Assembly: GCA_963727455.1 (NCBI GenBank)
Contig: CAVSGG010000009.1
Coordinates: 352,001 to 416,000 of the forward strand
Reading direction: 5' to 3'
Length of the DNA: 64,000 bases
Origin: Candidatus Krumholzibacteriota bacterium
GTDB taxonomy: Bacteria; Krumholzibacteriota; Krumholzibacteriia; JAJRXK01
Below the pieces are notes generated by a model. The model had not been told where the DNA came from. It did not search any database and saw only the letters and a list, made by a program, of their open reading frames with translations. Position numbers and translations under genes: made by a program. Each line of letters opens with the position of its first letter. Within the stretch, counting starts at the first letter, position 1. Of this stretch, positions 45,279-55,074 are shown piece after piece.

Positions 45279-45695
45279 GTGGAAATTCAGATGGATTGGG
45301 CGGGCGGCATCGCCTTCGAGGGAAAGAGCGAATTCGGCCACACCGTTCGCACCGACTCCGCTCGCAGAGTAGGCGGAGAGGAGAGCGGCCCCATGCCCAC
45401 CGAATTGGTGCTCTTCGGTATCGCCGGCTGCACAGGCGTGGACGTGGTTCGCATCATGGAAAAGGCGCGTCAACCCCTGGAGAGTCTCAGCATCGTAGTG
45501 CAGGCCGATCAGAATGACGAATATCCCAAGCCCTTCCATACCGTCCGTATCCACTTCAAGGCCAAGGGCAAGGGAATCAGCGAGAAACGCCTCGCCAAAG
45601 CCATCGAGCTCTCCGAGGAGAAGTACTGCGTAGTGAGCCAGACGATCGCCCGGCCCGCAAAGGTGAGTACGAGCTACGAGATCGTCGAAGGCTGA
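45279..45695 (+). CDS. OsmC/YhfA family protein
   Basis: GGAGG SD, PTELVLFGIAGCTGVDV, AIELSEEKYCVV. Confidence 0.9.
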   Translation: MEIQMDWAGGIAFEGKSEFGHTVRTDSARRVGGEESGPMPTELVLFGIAGCTGVDVVRIMEKARQPLESLSIVVQADQNDEYPKPFHTVRIHFKAKGKGISEKRLAKAIELSEEKYCVVSQTIARPAKVSTSYEIVEG

Positions 45696-45698
45696 AAC

Positions 45699-45739
45699 AA
45701 GATGGAGCCGCCCCCAAGGGAGCGGCCCCAACCCATCTT
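45699..45739. terminator. Stem-loop after the osmC-family gene, possible terminator between convergent genes
   Basis: AAGATGG..GCCGC-CCC-caa-GGG-a-GCGGC..CCATCTT inverted repeat; no strong U-tract. Confidence 0.35.
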
Positions 45740-45894
45740 CGCACACTTCTGTACGACAGACGAGGCTCTTGTAGTTCGCGGCACCTCGACATTGCCGACT
45801 TTGCGGCTCATCGTGCAAATCGCACGATGAGAACCCCATTTTCCAGCCTCAAATCCTCGTTCTAGTTTGTGCAGGAAGGACCGTGCCAAGGCGA

Positions 45895-46782
45895 CTACGC
45901 GAAGGTCACGAGCGCGACGCCAGCCAAGCCACCCAAAAGTCCGATCAGGCGGCCTCGAGTAATGGGTTCGTGCAGGAGCAAAACTGCCAGTACGAAAGTC
46001 CACAGGGTCGCGGTCTGATTGAGGGCGGCAGCGGTCGAGGCGAGGGTGTATTTCATGCCACCCAGCCAGAACAGCAGTGAGACGTAGGTTCCCATCACGG
46101 TACCGGGAATCATTGCAGGCCAGATTTTGACATTCCTCAGAGTGCGCAAGCCGGCACGCAGGCCGGGCAGGAATCCGAACAGAAGAATCGAAGTCAGAAG
46201 CCCGCCCGCCAGTCTCCAGAAATTGGCCCACAGCAGCGGCAACTGCGCGAGCTGGGGTTTCACCATCACGATGGAGACCGCCTGTGTGAAAGTAGTGCCC
46301 AAACCAAGCAAAATTCCAATGAGCACCGTGCGACGCGGGAGAGGCTCGATCCCCTTCGTGGGCCACGCGAGAGAGAGCACCGCGCCGAGAATGAAGCCCA
46401 CTCCCAGGAGCTGAAGCGGCCGCAAACGCTCGTGAAGGAAGAGAAAGCTGAGCAGAATGATCGACGGGCTATAGCTGGTGTTGATGATCGCCTGCATTCC
46501 CGCGCCCACGCGGTTCAAAGTCATGAAGAAGAGCGTATCGGAGATGCCAATGCCAATGACTCCGCTCACCGCAAGTAACAGATAGAGCGAGGCCGGATGA
46601 GAGCGCAGAATGGGCTCGCCCACGATTGCCATGGTCAGGATGAATAAGGCCAGCGCGACCGAATTCTTGAAGAAATTCAGGGCGAGGGGCGGAACGACCC
46701 TTCCTGTGCTGTGGAAGAGGATGACCGCGATGGACCAGCTCAAAGGAGCTGCGAGGGCAAAAATCTCACCGAGGTAGTTCAT
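45895..46782 (-). CDS. DMT/EamA family transporter
   Basis: About 10 TM helices, [38 protein letters not shown]. Confidence 0.88.
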   Translation of the reverse strand: MNYLGEIFALAAPLSWSIAVILFHSTGRVVPPLALNFFKNSVALALFILTMAIVGEPILRSHPASLYLLLAVSGVIGIGISDTLFFMTLNRVGAGMQAIINTSYSPSIILLSFLFLHERLRPLQLLGVGFILGAVLSLAWPTKGIEPLPRRTVLIGILLGLGTTFTQAVSIVMVKPQLAQLPLLWANFWRLAGGLLTSILLFGFLPGLRAGLRTLRNVKIWPAMIPGTVMGTYVSLLFWLGGMKYTLASTAAALNQTATLWTFVLAVLLLHEPITRGRLIGLLGGLAGVALVTFA

Positions 46783-47285
46783 GCTCTCGACTTGAGCCCA
46801 CAGCACTTCTTGTACTTCTTGCCGCTTCCACAGGGGCAGGGATCATTACGCCCAATCTTCGGCGACTCTCTGCGGATGGGTTCCTGACGACCCGGCTTGC
46901 CGTCGACGAAGTACCAGCGGCCCTCCTCCCGGCGGAAGAGACTGCGCTCGTGATGGACCACCTCCTGCCCGTCCGCGTCGAGGTAGTATGCCTTGAACTC
47001 CACGATTTGCTCGTTGCGGTTGGAGTCGGCCTCGGGGTCTTCGAGGATCTCGAGATCCTGCCAAGTGGAGTTCTTCGACCATTCCCTGATGTGATCCAAA
47101 TCGAGCTCGTCGCGCTTGGCCGGCCATGTGGAGTCGACGATGAAGTCGATCTTGCCTTCTACGTAGGCAGAGTAACGAGCGCGCATGAGGTCCTCCGCCT
47201 TCGCCGGATTCTCCTCGCCGCGCAGGACCGGGCCGCAGCACTCCTCGTAGTCCCACCCCGAATGACAAAGACACTCCTTTTTCAT
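46779..47285 (-). CDS. ychJ: YchJ family protein with SEC-C motifs
   Basis: [47 protein letters not shown]. Confidence 0.92.
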   Translation of the reverse strand: MKKECLCHSGWDYEECCGPVLRGEENPAKAEDLMRARYSAYVEGKIDFIVDSTWPAKRDELDLDHIREWSKNSTWQDLEILEDPEADSNRNEQIVEFKAYYLDADGQEVVHHERSLFRREEGRWYFVDGKPGRQEPIRRESPKIGRNDPCPCGSGKKYKKCCGLKSRA

Positions 47286-47302
47286 CAATACTCCTTGGCG
47301 CT

Positions 47303-48028
47303 TTAGGACAAGCTTTCCAGCTGCTCTTCAGGGATCTTTCTCAATTCTGCGGCATTGGCAGCGCGCAGAATAGCACCTCTTGGGAAACTCTTCGCGCCCA
47401 AGATGCGCACACAGGCGGATCCTACTGCCCGGCTGTCCATCCACTCCAGATTTCCATCCACGAGCTTGCGCGAACGTACCGGCCCTTCCAGCAGGAGCGT
47501 CGCGCTGTTCAGACTCCTCTCCTCCACGCTCAGCACTCGGGCGAGCATGAGTTGGGCTGCGGAAGCGATGTTGATCAGACCGGCCCGCGCCTGCGGATTC
47601 ACGGCCGTTCCCCCGTTGATCCAGAGACAGCGAGCTTTCTCGTTTTCGACCAGTACCGGTACGAATTCGTGGGCCAGGAGCAGCTGGGGTACGATCGTGC
47701 TTGCCGCCACCTTCTCCCATTCCTGAAGGACGGGGACCTCCCGCAAGAGACCCTCCTCCCACCACGATCCCAGGCAGGATACGAGGCCGTCCAGTCCCTT
47801 TGCCGGCAAAAGGACCTCGCGGGCCATCTTCGCGACTCCTCCGGGGGAGGAGAGTTCGCAAGCTACGGTGCTCAGTCTTTGTGGCGCTGCGTCGGAGAGT
47901 TCGTGTTTGAGACGCCTGAGTCCAGTTTCGTCCCGGTCGACCGCAATGACGCGCGCCCCGGCCTCCAGCAGCTCGGCTGCGATGCCGCTCCCGATGGCAC
48001 CGGCCGCGCCGGCCACCAGGATACGCAT
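47303..48028 (-). CDS. Atypical SDR family oxidoreductase
   Basis: [17 protein letters not shown] Rossmann motif; no YxxxK. Confidence 0.75.
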   Translation of the reverse strand: MRILVAGAAGAIGSGIAAELLEAGARVIAVDRDETGLRRLKHELSDAAPQRLSTVACELSSPGGVAKMAREVLLPAKGLDGLVSCLGSWWEEGLLREVPVLQEWEKVAASTIVPQLLLAHEFVPVLVENEKARCLWINGGTAVNPQARAGLINIASAAQLMLARVLSVEERSLNSATLLLEGPVRSRKLVDGNLEWMDSRAVGSACVRILGAKSFPRGAILRAANAAELRKIPEEQLESLS

Positions 48029-48209
48029 GGATGAAGTTGGCGAACGCATCCTTGTCCTCGTCGGCAGGGGGAGAAACCTCGAGCTAGCCGCATCATTACA
48101 CGAAAGCCCCCTTACCAACCAGATTGGACTGGCTGAGTTGGGGCAAGCCTTCTACACTTTTTTCGGTTGGAGTCCCTTTCTTTGGCACTTCCCCTTTTTG
48201 AGTATCCAC

Positions 48210-48920
48210 ATGGACGCACCTTACGCCCACACTCGAGGTCGCGCGGTCTGGTCTGAGGAACTGCTCCAGGTCGTCGCCCGCTGGCAGAGCATCGATGATC
48301 CCCCGATGCCGGAGAATCGGCGCCGCAAGCAGGGAATCAGAATCTTCCGTCACGACCCGGTCGAGCGGTTCTTGAGCAAAGCGCACCCCGCCACGCCACT
48401 CCTCTACACTCTTCCCTTCGTCCTTTTGGGTTTCTATCGTGGAATCGTGCTCGGCCATTCCACCTTGTTCGAAACCCTGGGGTTGATGGGACTCGGAATT
48501 CTGCTCTGGACCTTTCTGGAGTATATCCTGCACCGCTGGGTCTTCCACTATCAGCCGCCGGGATGGGGCGGCAAAATGTGGATGTTCATGGTCCACGGAT
48601 ATCACCACGAGTTTCCCGACGACAAGATGCGGCTTGTCGCTCCGCCGCTCATGATTGGGCTCTTGGGAACGGTTACGGGCTTCGTGTACTACCTGATCTT
48701 CGGATCCGGCCTGTGGGCTCAGGTCTTCGCCGGGACCTTCCTCGGCTACCTCGCTTACGACTGGATCCACTACTATACCCACCACTTCCATCCCCGCAGG
48801 GGATGGGGCAAGTGGCTCAGGCAGTATCACCTGCAGCATCATTTCGATCCACGCCATGACCGCTTCGGGATCTCCACTCCGCTGTGGGATTTCGTCTTCC
48901 GCACCTACCGCCCCCTTTGA
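48210..48920 (+). CDS. Fatty acid hydroxylase / sterol desaturase family (FA2H-like); alternative start at 48306
   Basis: EYILHRWVFH, HGYHH..PDDKMRLVAPP, YDWIHYYTHH, HLQHHF, FGISTPLWDFVFRT. Confidence 0.88.
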   Translation: MDAPYAHTRGRAVWSEELLQVVARWQSIDDPPMPENRRRKQGIRIFRHDPVERFLSKAHPATPLLYTLPFVLLGFYRGIVLGHSTLFETLGLMGLGILLWTFLEYILHRWVFHYQPPGWGGKMWMFMVHGYHHEFPDDKMRLVAPPLMIGLLGTVTGFVYYLIFGSGLWAQVFAGTFLGYLAYDWIHYYTHHFHPRRGWGKWLRQYHLQHHFDPRHDRFGISTPLWDFVFRTYRPL

Positions 48921-49043
48921 GACGGTCCTGCCCGCTTTGCGCTGGACAAGCCGGCGCAGATCTTTCACATTTTTTACGATGACCTGCCCGTGAGTGGGCT
49001 CCCAGCTCATTCAGTCAAGTTTCCTGATGCACTGGAGGTTGAG

Positions 49044-49499
49044 ATGCTCAAGGAATTCAAGGAATTCGCAGTCAAAGGCAATGCGGTGGACATGGCCGTT
49101 GGTATCATCATCGGGGCCGCCTTCTCGACCATCGTCAAGTCCCTGGTGGCCGACATCATCATGCCGCCCATTGGTCTTCTGCTCGGTGGAGTCGATTTCA
49201 GCAATCTCTTCGTGGTTCTCAAACACGGGGCGGAAGCCGCCGGTCCCTACGAGACCCTGGTCGCGGCCCAAGAGGCAGGAGCGGTGACCCTCAACCTCGG
49301 CGTCTTCATCAACACCATCATCAGCTTCCTCATCGTGGCCTTCGCGGTCTTCTTCGTCGTCCGCTCGATCAATCGACTCAAGAAAGAAGAGCCTGCTCCC
49401 GAGCCAGCCGAGCCCACGACCAAAGAATGCTCCCAGTGCCTGTCGACCATTCCCATCAAGGCCACTCGGTGCGCCTTCTGTACTTCAGTGCAGAGCTGA
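49044..49499 (+). CDS. mscL: Large-conductance mechanosensitive channel with C-terminal Cys4 motif
   Basis: [27 protein letters not shown], tail KECSQC..RCAFC. Confidence 0.96.
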   Translation: MLKEFKEFAVKGNAVDMAVGIIIGAAFSTIVKSLVADIIMPPIGLLLGGVDFSNLFVVLKHGAEAAGPYETLVAAQEAGAVTLNLGVFINTIISFLIVAFAVFFVVRSINRLKKEEPAPEPAEPTTKECSQCLSTIPIKATRCAFCTSVQS

Positions 49500-49509
49500 A
49501 AAGTGGGAA

Positions 49510-50166
49510 TTAGATCGAGCCACCGTGCCGCACGACATCGCCGTCAACGAGAAAGATCACGTCCTCGGCGATGTTGGTGGCCAGATCACCGATGCGCTCG
49601 AAACATCGCGAGACGGAAAGGTGTTGCGTCGCCTCGCTGACCGCCGACGAGTCGGAGGCCATCAGAGTCATCAGTTCGGAAAACGTGCGCCGGTGCAGTT
49701 CATCGAGCCGGTTGTCCTCTTCCAGTACCTCGCGAGCAGAGGCAGTATCGCGATCTACGAGCGCCTTGAGGCTCTTTCTGACCATCTCCAGGGAGATGCG
49801 GCTCATCACAGAGAGCGTGGTTGGAGCGTGCATCTCGCCCAGGGAGGCCAGGCTTACGGTGCGGTGCCCGATATTGGCCGAGAGATCCCCTATGCGCTCC
49901 AGATCGTTGTTGACCTTCAGGGCGGTAACGACGTAGCGCAGATCGGCAGCTACCGGTTGGTGTAGGGCCAGGATCTTCAGACACTCCTCTTCGACTTCCA
50001 CTTCCAGGGCGTCAACTTCCTTGTCGCCTTCGATGACGGCGCGCGCCGTCACCATGTCCTGCCCGAGATAAGCTTGTGCCGCGGAGCTTAGCGCTTCCTC
50101 GACCCTGTCACCAACGGCGAGAATGTCGATGCTGAGCTGACCCAAGGCCCGATCGAGGTGCTGCAT
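49510..50166 (-). CDS. phoU: Phosphate signalling protein PhoU
   Basis: EEECLKILALHQPVAADLR, DLERIGDL, ERIGDLATNIAEDV. Confidence 0.95.
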   Translation of the reverse strand: MQHLDRALGQLSIDILAVGDRVEEALSSAAQAYLGQDMVTARAVIEGDKEVDALEVEVEEECLKILALHQPVAADLRYVVTALKVNNDLERIGDLSANIGHRTVSLASLGEMHAPTTLSVMSRISLEMVRKSLKALVDRDTASAREVLEEDNRLDELHRRTFSELMTLMASDSSAVSEATQHLSVSRCFERIGDLATNIAEDVIFLVDGDVVRHGGSI

Positions 50167-50249
50167 CCGGTCCTCCTGCTGGATCTGAAAGGTCGAGAGA
50201 GGAGTCGAGCCGCCGCGCAGGACCTCGTTCCGCGGCGGCCCAAAAACCA

Positions 50250-51446
50250 CTAGAAATATACCATGAAGCGGGTCTGCAGCCCGCTGAATTGCCCATATTC
50301 ATTCGCGTCCGAGTAGACGTAGTTCAGCATCACCCGCGCGTTGTTGTTTGCGTACCAGTTGATCCCCGCTGTGTAGTCGTCCAGTTGACCGCCGTTGGCG
50401 TCACTCAGATCAACGTGTGCGGCTCGCACCGCGAATTCCCACGCGCCGGGGCCAGTTCCGAGCGGTCTGTTCGGCTTGAGGTGACCGAAGGCTCCTTCGG
50501 AGTGCTTGTAAGGTCGGCTCTCGCCGGTCAGAAACCAACTCCCCGAAACATAGAATCCACTGAGATTGGGATTGTCTCCGCTGATCAGGTTGACATTGGT
50601 CAGCCGGTACTCGGCATCCAGCGAAAAGGAACCCATGACCGCCGAGGCCTCGAAACCGGCCAGAGAATACTCGTTCGCCATCAGCACCTCGCTGTGGAGA
50701 ATTTTGTTCGTCAGATGAGAGGAAGGCCGGATCGACATCTGGTACATGCCGTCCGGGGTTTTGCGCAAACTGCCGGCCACTCCGAGGTGGAGGAGGCGGT
50801 GGTTTTCTGTGTCTTCGTAAGGAAGACCGCTTAGGCGGACCGAGTAGTTGTACTTGGCGTCGCCGCTTCCCGCTCCTGTTTCGTTGGTGTCGCGGAAGAT
50901 TCCTGCCGAAGCGAGCACGCGTTCCTTCGACCAGGAGTTCTGAACCATGATGCCCGTATTCCGCTCCGCGTCGAAGGCCGCCGCGGGAGAACGCTCCATG
51001 AAAGTGATGTAGTTGCTGCTGGTGAGCTCTTCGAGACTGAAAGGCTCCTTCATCTGACCCACTCTCAGCTCCCCTACCACCGGCAGGTCTTCGATGCCCA
51101 TGTACATGTCCTTGAAGGCAACCTCACCACTGGAAAAGTCGATTTGGCTCTTGAAGATGAGACCGCCGCCGAGTTTCCCGGCAAGGTAGATGCGCGCGCG
51201 GCGAAACTCCGTAGCATCGGAAGTGGAGACCGAAGCATCGCTTCTCTCGGGAAACCAGGCCCAGTCGTTGAGAATTCGTCCCCCCAGTTTGATGGAGACG
51301 TCGCTTTCCGGGCTCTCGAAGCGCAGCCCGTCCTTCCACTGCACGGACATCTCTTTGGACTGCGCCGAACCGCTGCTCGCGGCGCTCAGGGCCAAAAACA
51401 TCAAAAAGCCGGATAAGACTCCGAAGGAGCGAGTGCTAGGCGACAT
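50250..51446 (-). CDS. Phosphate-selective porin (OprO/OprP family)
   Basis: Signal peptide, FRRARI, GQMKEPFSLEELTSS..FMER, SWFLTGE, GINWY..RVMLNY, C-terminal F. Confidence 0.92.
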   Translation of the reverse strand: MSPSTRSFGVLSGFLMFLALSAASSGSAQSKEMSVQWKDGLRFESPESDVSIKLGGRILNDWAWFPERSDASVSTSDATEFRRARIYLAGKLGGGLIFKSQIDFSSGEVAFKDMYMGIEDLPVVGELRVGQMKEPFSLEELTSSNYITFMERSPAAAFDAERNTGIMVQNSWSKERVLASAGIFRDTNETGAGSGDAKYNYSVRLSGLPYEDTENHRLLHLGVAGSLRKTPDGMYQMSIRPSSHLTNKILHSEVLMANEYSLAGFEASAVMGSFSLDAEYRLTNVNLISGDNPNLSGFYVSGSWFLTGESRPYKHSEGAFGHLKPNRPLGTGPGAWEFAVRAAHVDLSDANGGQLDDYTAGINWYANNNARVMLNYVYSDANEYGQFSGLQTRFMVYF

Positions 51447-51505
51447 GTTCCACTTCCTTGGGAAATGAGGGTTCAAAGAAGTCGCGGTCAAAGTAAATGC
51501 AGAAG

Positions 51506-51532
51506 ATGAAGAGAGCGTTAAGGCCCCGTAAA
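51506..51532 (-). promoter_or_regulatory. Putative Pho box (three 11-bp-spaced repeats)
   Basis: Minus strand reads TTTAC-ggggcc-TTAAC-gctctc-TTCAT, ending about 60 bp upstream of the porin-phoU genes. Confidence 0.6.
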
Positions 51533-51562
51533 TTCTCGTGGACCTCAGCCTCGCAATCAGTT

Positions 51563-52657
51563 TCAAGAGGGTTTCGAGCGGGCAGCATATACCCGCAGCA
51601 TCCACGCGACGGTGGCCAATCCCATCAGCAGAAGTACCACGAACAGCACGAGCACCCCGGTCTGGGACTGTACTTTGAGGCTGTGCAAGTCGAGAACCGG
51701 CGCGAGCATGCGGTCGCGCACGATGTCCCGCACGAAGACCATGGCCACGATGGTGCCCAGGAGGTGCGCCGCCGCGACGTTCATCAGTCTCTGCGGCTGG
51801 GGATGGCGAATTGCCATCGCCGCGGTCATGAGCGCTCCGAGAGGCAGAATGATCGAGGCAATGAAGGCCACGGTGGCTCCCACGCTCTTGCCCATGAAGA
51901 AGAGAATGACTTCGCGCGGCAAGGACAAAAGGAACCAGGTTCCCACGAGATACTGTAAGCCGGTGGGGATGAGAAACCACATGCTGCCGAAGTGGAGCAT
52001 ACCGCGTCCGTCCGCCTCGTCCCTCTTTACGCGTTGTGCTCCCACCCAGGCGATCATCATTCCGCAGACCGCCACCGCGGCCAGAAGGAAATGCAAGTAA
52101 CGCGGCCAGAGACTCGGGTCCCCGTAATTCCCATTCAATCCGGACGGATCGCCGTGGTAGATGGCGGCCCAGCTCGAAGGTCGCAGCATCAGACTCATGT
52201 TGTGGACGAAGACGTGCGAGATGGCCAGGAGTCCCAGAAGAATGACCCAGCCCAGCACATGGTAGACCCCGCTGTAGCGCTCGCCCTTGAATGCCTGCGC
52301 GTAGGCCGCGTAGTAGGCCACGATCAACACCGGAATGACCAGCCACCAGGGCCAGGCGATCAAGATACTCGAGGTGTAGAGCAGATTCCCGTAGAGAACC
52401 TGCACGAAGAGCAGCGGGGCGACGCCGAACACCACGGTCATGGCCACCGCGGTGGGCAACTTCGTCTCGATCCAGCGCGCGAGACGTCGCCCCTCGTCGT
52501 TGCGTCGCAAGCGCGACGCCACCGCGAGAATGGCCCCGCCCAGAGTGAAGTTCATGAAGAGGAGGTGGATCACGAACGTGAGCTGGAGCAGGGTCTTGAA
52601 CAACCACACCGGTCCGGGTAGCGGCAGAACGTCGGGCAGTGGCACTACTGAGTTCAT
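51563..52657 (-). CDS. CydA-paralogous membrane subunit (CydA'-like partner of the c-heme bd-like oxidase)
   Basis: TFVIHLLFMNFTLGG, GVAPLLFVQVLYG, PSLWPRYLHFLL, about 9 TM helices; ATGA-coupled to the upstream gene. Confidence 0.7.
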   Translation of the reverse strand: MNSVVPLPDVLPLPGPVWLFKTLLQLTFVIHLLFMNFTLGGAILAVASRLRRNDEGRRLARWIETKLPTAVAMTVVFGVAPLLFVQVLYGNLLYTSSILIAWPWWLVIPVLIVAYYAAYAQAFKGERYSGVYHVLGWVILLGLLAISHVFVHNMSLMLRPSSWAAIYHGDPSGLNGNYGDPSLWPRYLHFLLAAVAVCGMMIAWVGAQRVKRDEADGRGMLHFGSMWFLIPTGLQYLVGTWFLLSLPREVILFFMGKSVGATVAFIASIILPLGALMTAAMAIRHPQPQRLMNVAAAHLLGTIVAMVFVRDIVRDRMLAPVLDLHSLKVQSQTGVLVLFVVLLLMGLATVAWMLRVYAARSKPS

Positions 52658-54202
52658 CGTGTACTCCCTTCGTTCTGAGCTTGCTCTTTTGCGCTGTTCT
52701 TTTCTTCGATGGCCTTTGCCAGAAATTCGGACAATACGCGTCGTTGGGCTTCCCCGGCGGTGAAGGCCGGCATCTCGTCCGAGCCCACGTCTTGGAGAAA
52801 TTCGTCGATGTCCTGCGCGCTCATTCCATCGAGGCGCTCCGCGAGAGAACGTTCTCCGTAAAGAGTGTGACAGGAGGAGCAGCGTCTCTCGAAAACCACC
52901 ATCCCGTCGGGGTTCTTGGGGGTACTCTCCTTTGCTCCCGGCAGACTCAAGAGATACTGTGCGAGTTCGTCTGCCTCGCGTGGCGTGCCTACCCAGGGTG
53001 GCATGGGGCGCAGGCTGTATTCCAAGCGCTGAATGAAGCTCGCGGTGAACTGCTCGTCCCAACCGCGCACCCGAAAGGCGAGCCCATTGTAGCCATCGCG
53101 CGAGTGACAATTCTTGCACGCGGCGCGGAAGATCTCCTCGCCCATGGCCACGGGATCGTTCGCTTTCGATGTATCGACCCACGGATCGGACGCCACGATT
53201 CCCGCGGTCTTGAGAGTCTTGACCTCATCCGCACGATAACCGTTGCTGTAGAGATAGTTCTGGATCACCCACGGCTTGCGTACCGCTTCGCGCAACCACT
53301 CGCCCGAGCCGAGCACTGCCAGCCCGCAGAGCAAAATCAGGATGGTGGTCGCCGGATTGGCCCAGCGCGGGAACACGATCGCGAGCACGACGACCAACAG
53401 AATCAACCCCCGGAGAGTCCACACGATCGCCTTGAACGCGTCCAGTGCGATGGGCATGTTTCCCGCCGCCAACTGGTGCACTGCCGCCGGCAGTCCATCC
53501 CACCACCAAATCGCGCTCAGGAAGGTGCCGACGAGTCCGAGTACGGCCCAGGCCCCCGCGTAACGCGTGAGCCAGCGCCGCAGGGGGCCCCAGTCGAGAC
53601 GTGTCGCGGTCCACAGGCAGAAAAGGCCCGCAAGGGTGATTGCAAAGGCGCTGCGACCGACGAGACTGGAGAGATAGCTCGGATTGAGAATTCCGTCCCA
53701 GAAGCCGTGGCTTACGATCCATTTCCCCGGCGTGAGTTGGAAGCTCAAAATTCCGTTGATGACGGCCAGGGAGAGCCAAGCGGCAGCGAAGTAAATCCAA
53801 CCCACGATCAGATGATCGCGGGGCCGCATGGTGGTAAAGCCGTAGTAGTAAACGAGGGCCGCGATGATCTCGACCAAAAAGAAGACCCATTCGATGGCCC
53901 AACCCCACACGAAAGCGTGAATGAGGGCGGAGGTCCCCGCCGGATTGATGAGCCCGATCGTGAACCAAATGCCCACGCCAGTGATCGCCCCGAATACCAG
54001 AGTCAAGCAAAATGAAGAAACGGGAATGCGTATGCAGGTAGCTCAGAAGTCCATCGTCTCCGCGGCGCCGCGCCAAGTGCTCGGTGACGACCAGAAAGAG
54101 CCCGCCCCCGATGGCGAAGTGGCTGACGTAGACGTGAAGGATCGCGACGACCGCAATGAGAAGTCCATGGGCAAAAGCTGGGTCCCAGACCGGATACTGC
54201 AA
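52654..54202 (-). CDS. Cytochrome bd subunit I-like protein fused to two c-type cytochrome domains (1-nt indel near 54005)
   Basis: GGAGG SD plus TTG; ILHVYVSHFAIGGG, GAITGVGIW, WAIEWVFFLVE, GEWLREAVRKPWVI; CKNCH..MPPW and CSSCH..MPAF. Confidence 0.85.
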
Positions 54203-54462
54203 TGTGGCCCCTCCATTCGGGTGCGCCGAATTCACTAGTACGGTAACTCACCAATCGGCCCAGTGTTACTCCCGCCCGAAGCTCCTTTCCAGGGCAAAAT
54301 GAAGTCGTGTCGCACTGCGCCCTTGGCAGTAGAGCACAGATTCTGGTATCCTGTGGAGTAGTAACTCCGATTATCTATCATTAAAGTTCTTTTGAGCTTT
54401 TTGTTAGCTTTGGTCCGCGCTGCGCGCGGAACAAGCCCGCCTTCCTCTCGAGGAGGGGAACT

Positions 54463-54939
54463 ATGAAGCCATCAATTCAAGCCATGAGCCAAACCGACCA
54501 AGTCCTCGCCGAACACCGCGAGTTGCGCACTCTCTTGACCCATCTCCAGGGATTTACCCTTCAGCCGCGTCCGGAAATTGGAAACGAAGGCTTTCACCGT
54601 TGGGCCGCCGATCTCTCGAAGAACCTGGTCGAACTTCACGACAAGCTGTTTCGCCATTTTCGATTCGAAATCTCCAGCGGGGTCTTCGACGAGCTAGTGA
54701 AGATCCATCCTCGCGGGGCAAAGCCATTGCAAGAACTCCAGGGGCAGCACCCCCAGCTGCTGCGGGAAGTGCGGGAGCTGGTCCACTCCAGCCTGAGTTA
54801 TTCTCAAGGTGAGGAACCTGCGAATCCGCGTCTGCGTCGCCGTCTCGGGGAAATTTTGACCCACCTGCGCAATCACGAGGACTGTGAATCGGAGCTTCTG
54901 ACGCGCCTCTTGGGGCGTGACATCGGCGCGCTGGACTGA
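54463..54939 (+). CDS. Hemerythrin/HHE domain protein
   Basis: AGGAGG SD; EH..HFRFE..QH..HEDCE two-repeat metal-ligand pattern. Confidence 0.75.
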   Translation: MKPSIQAMSQTDQVLAEHRELRTLLTHLQGFTLQPRPEIGNEGFHRWAADLSKNLVELHDKLFRHFRFEISSGVFDELVKIHPRGAKPLQELQGQHPQLLREVRELVHSSLSYSQGEEPANPRLRRRLGEILTHLRNHEDCESELLTRLLGRDIGALD

Positions 54940-55074
54940 GCCGCACCCGGCCCGGAATGATCGTCTCCGCCGGGGGATTCGTTTTCTTGGATCCGCCGGA
55001 CGAAAAAGCCATATTGAGGGCGGGACGCGAGCAGTCTTTTCCCATTCCCCCGATTTCGCTCTCCCGCCTCATTC

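Noticed and set aside
50250-52607. Apparent long N-terminal fusions (also 37517..39172, 60581..62191, 61198..63462)
   Set aside because: The true starts are internal (51446, 38869, 61201, 62289); the extensions are alternative frames or antisense of neighbouring genes.
19100-54010. Programmed frameshifting or phase variation at the split genes
   Set aside because: No consistent slippery heptamers or long simple repeats, and the affected genes are functionally unrelated.
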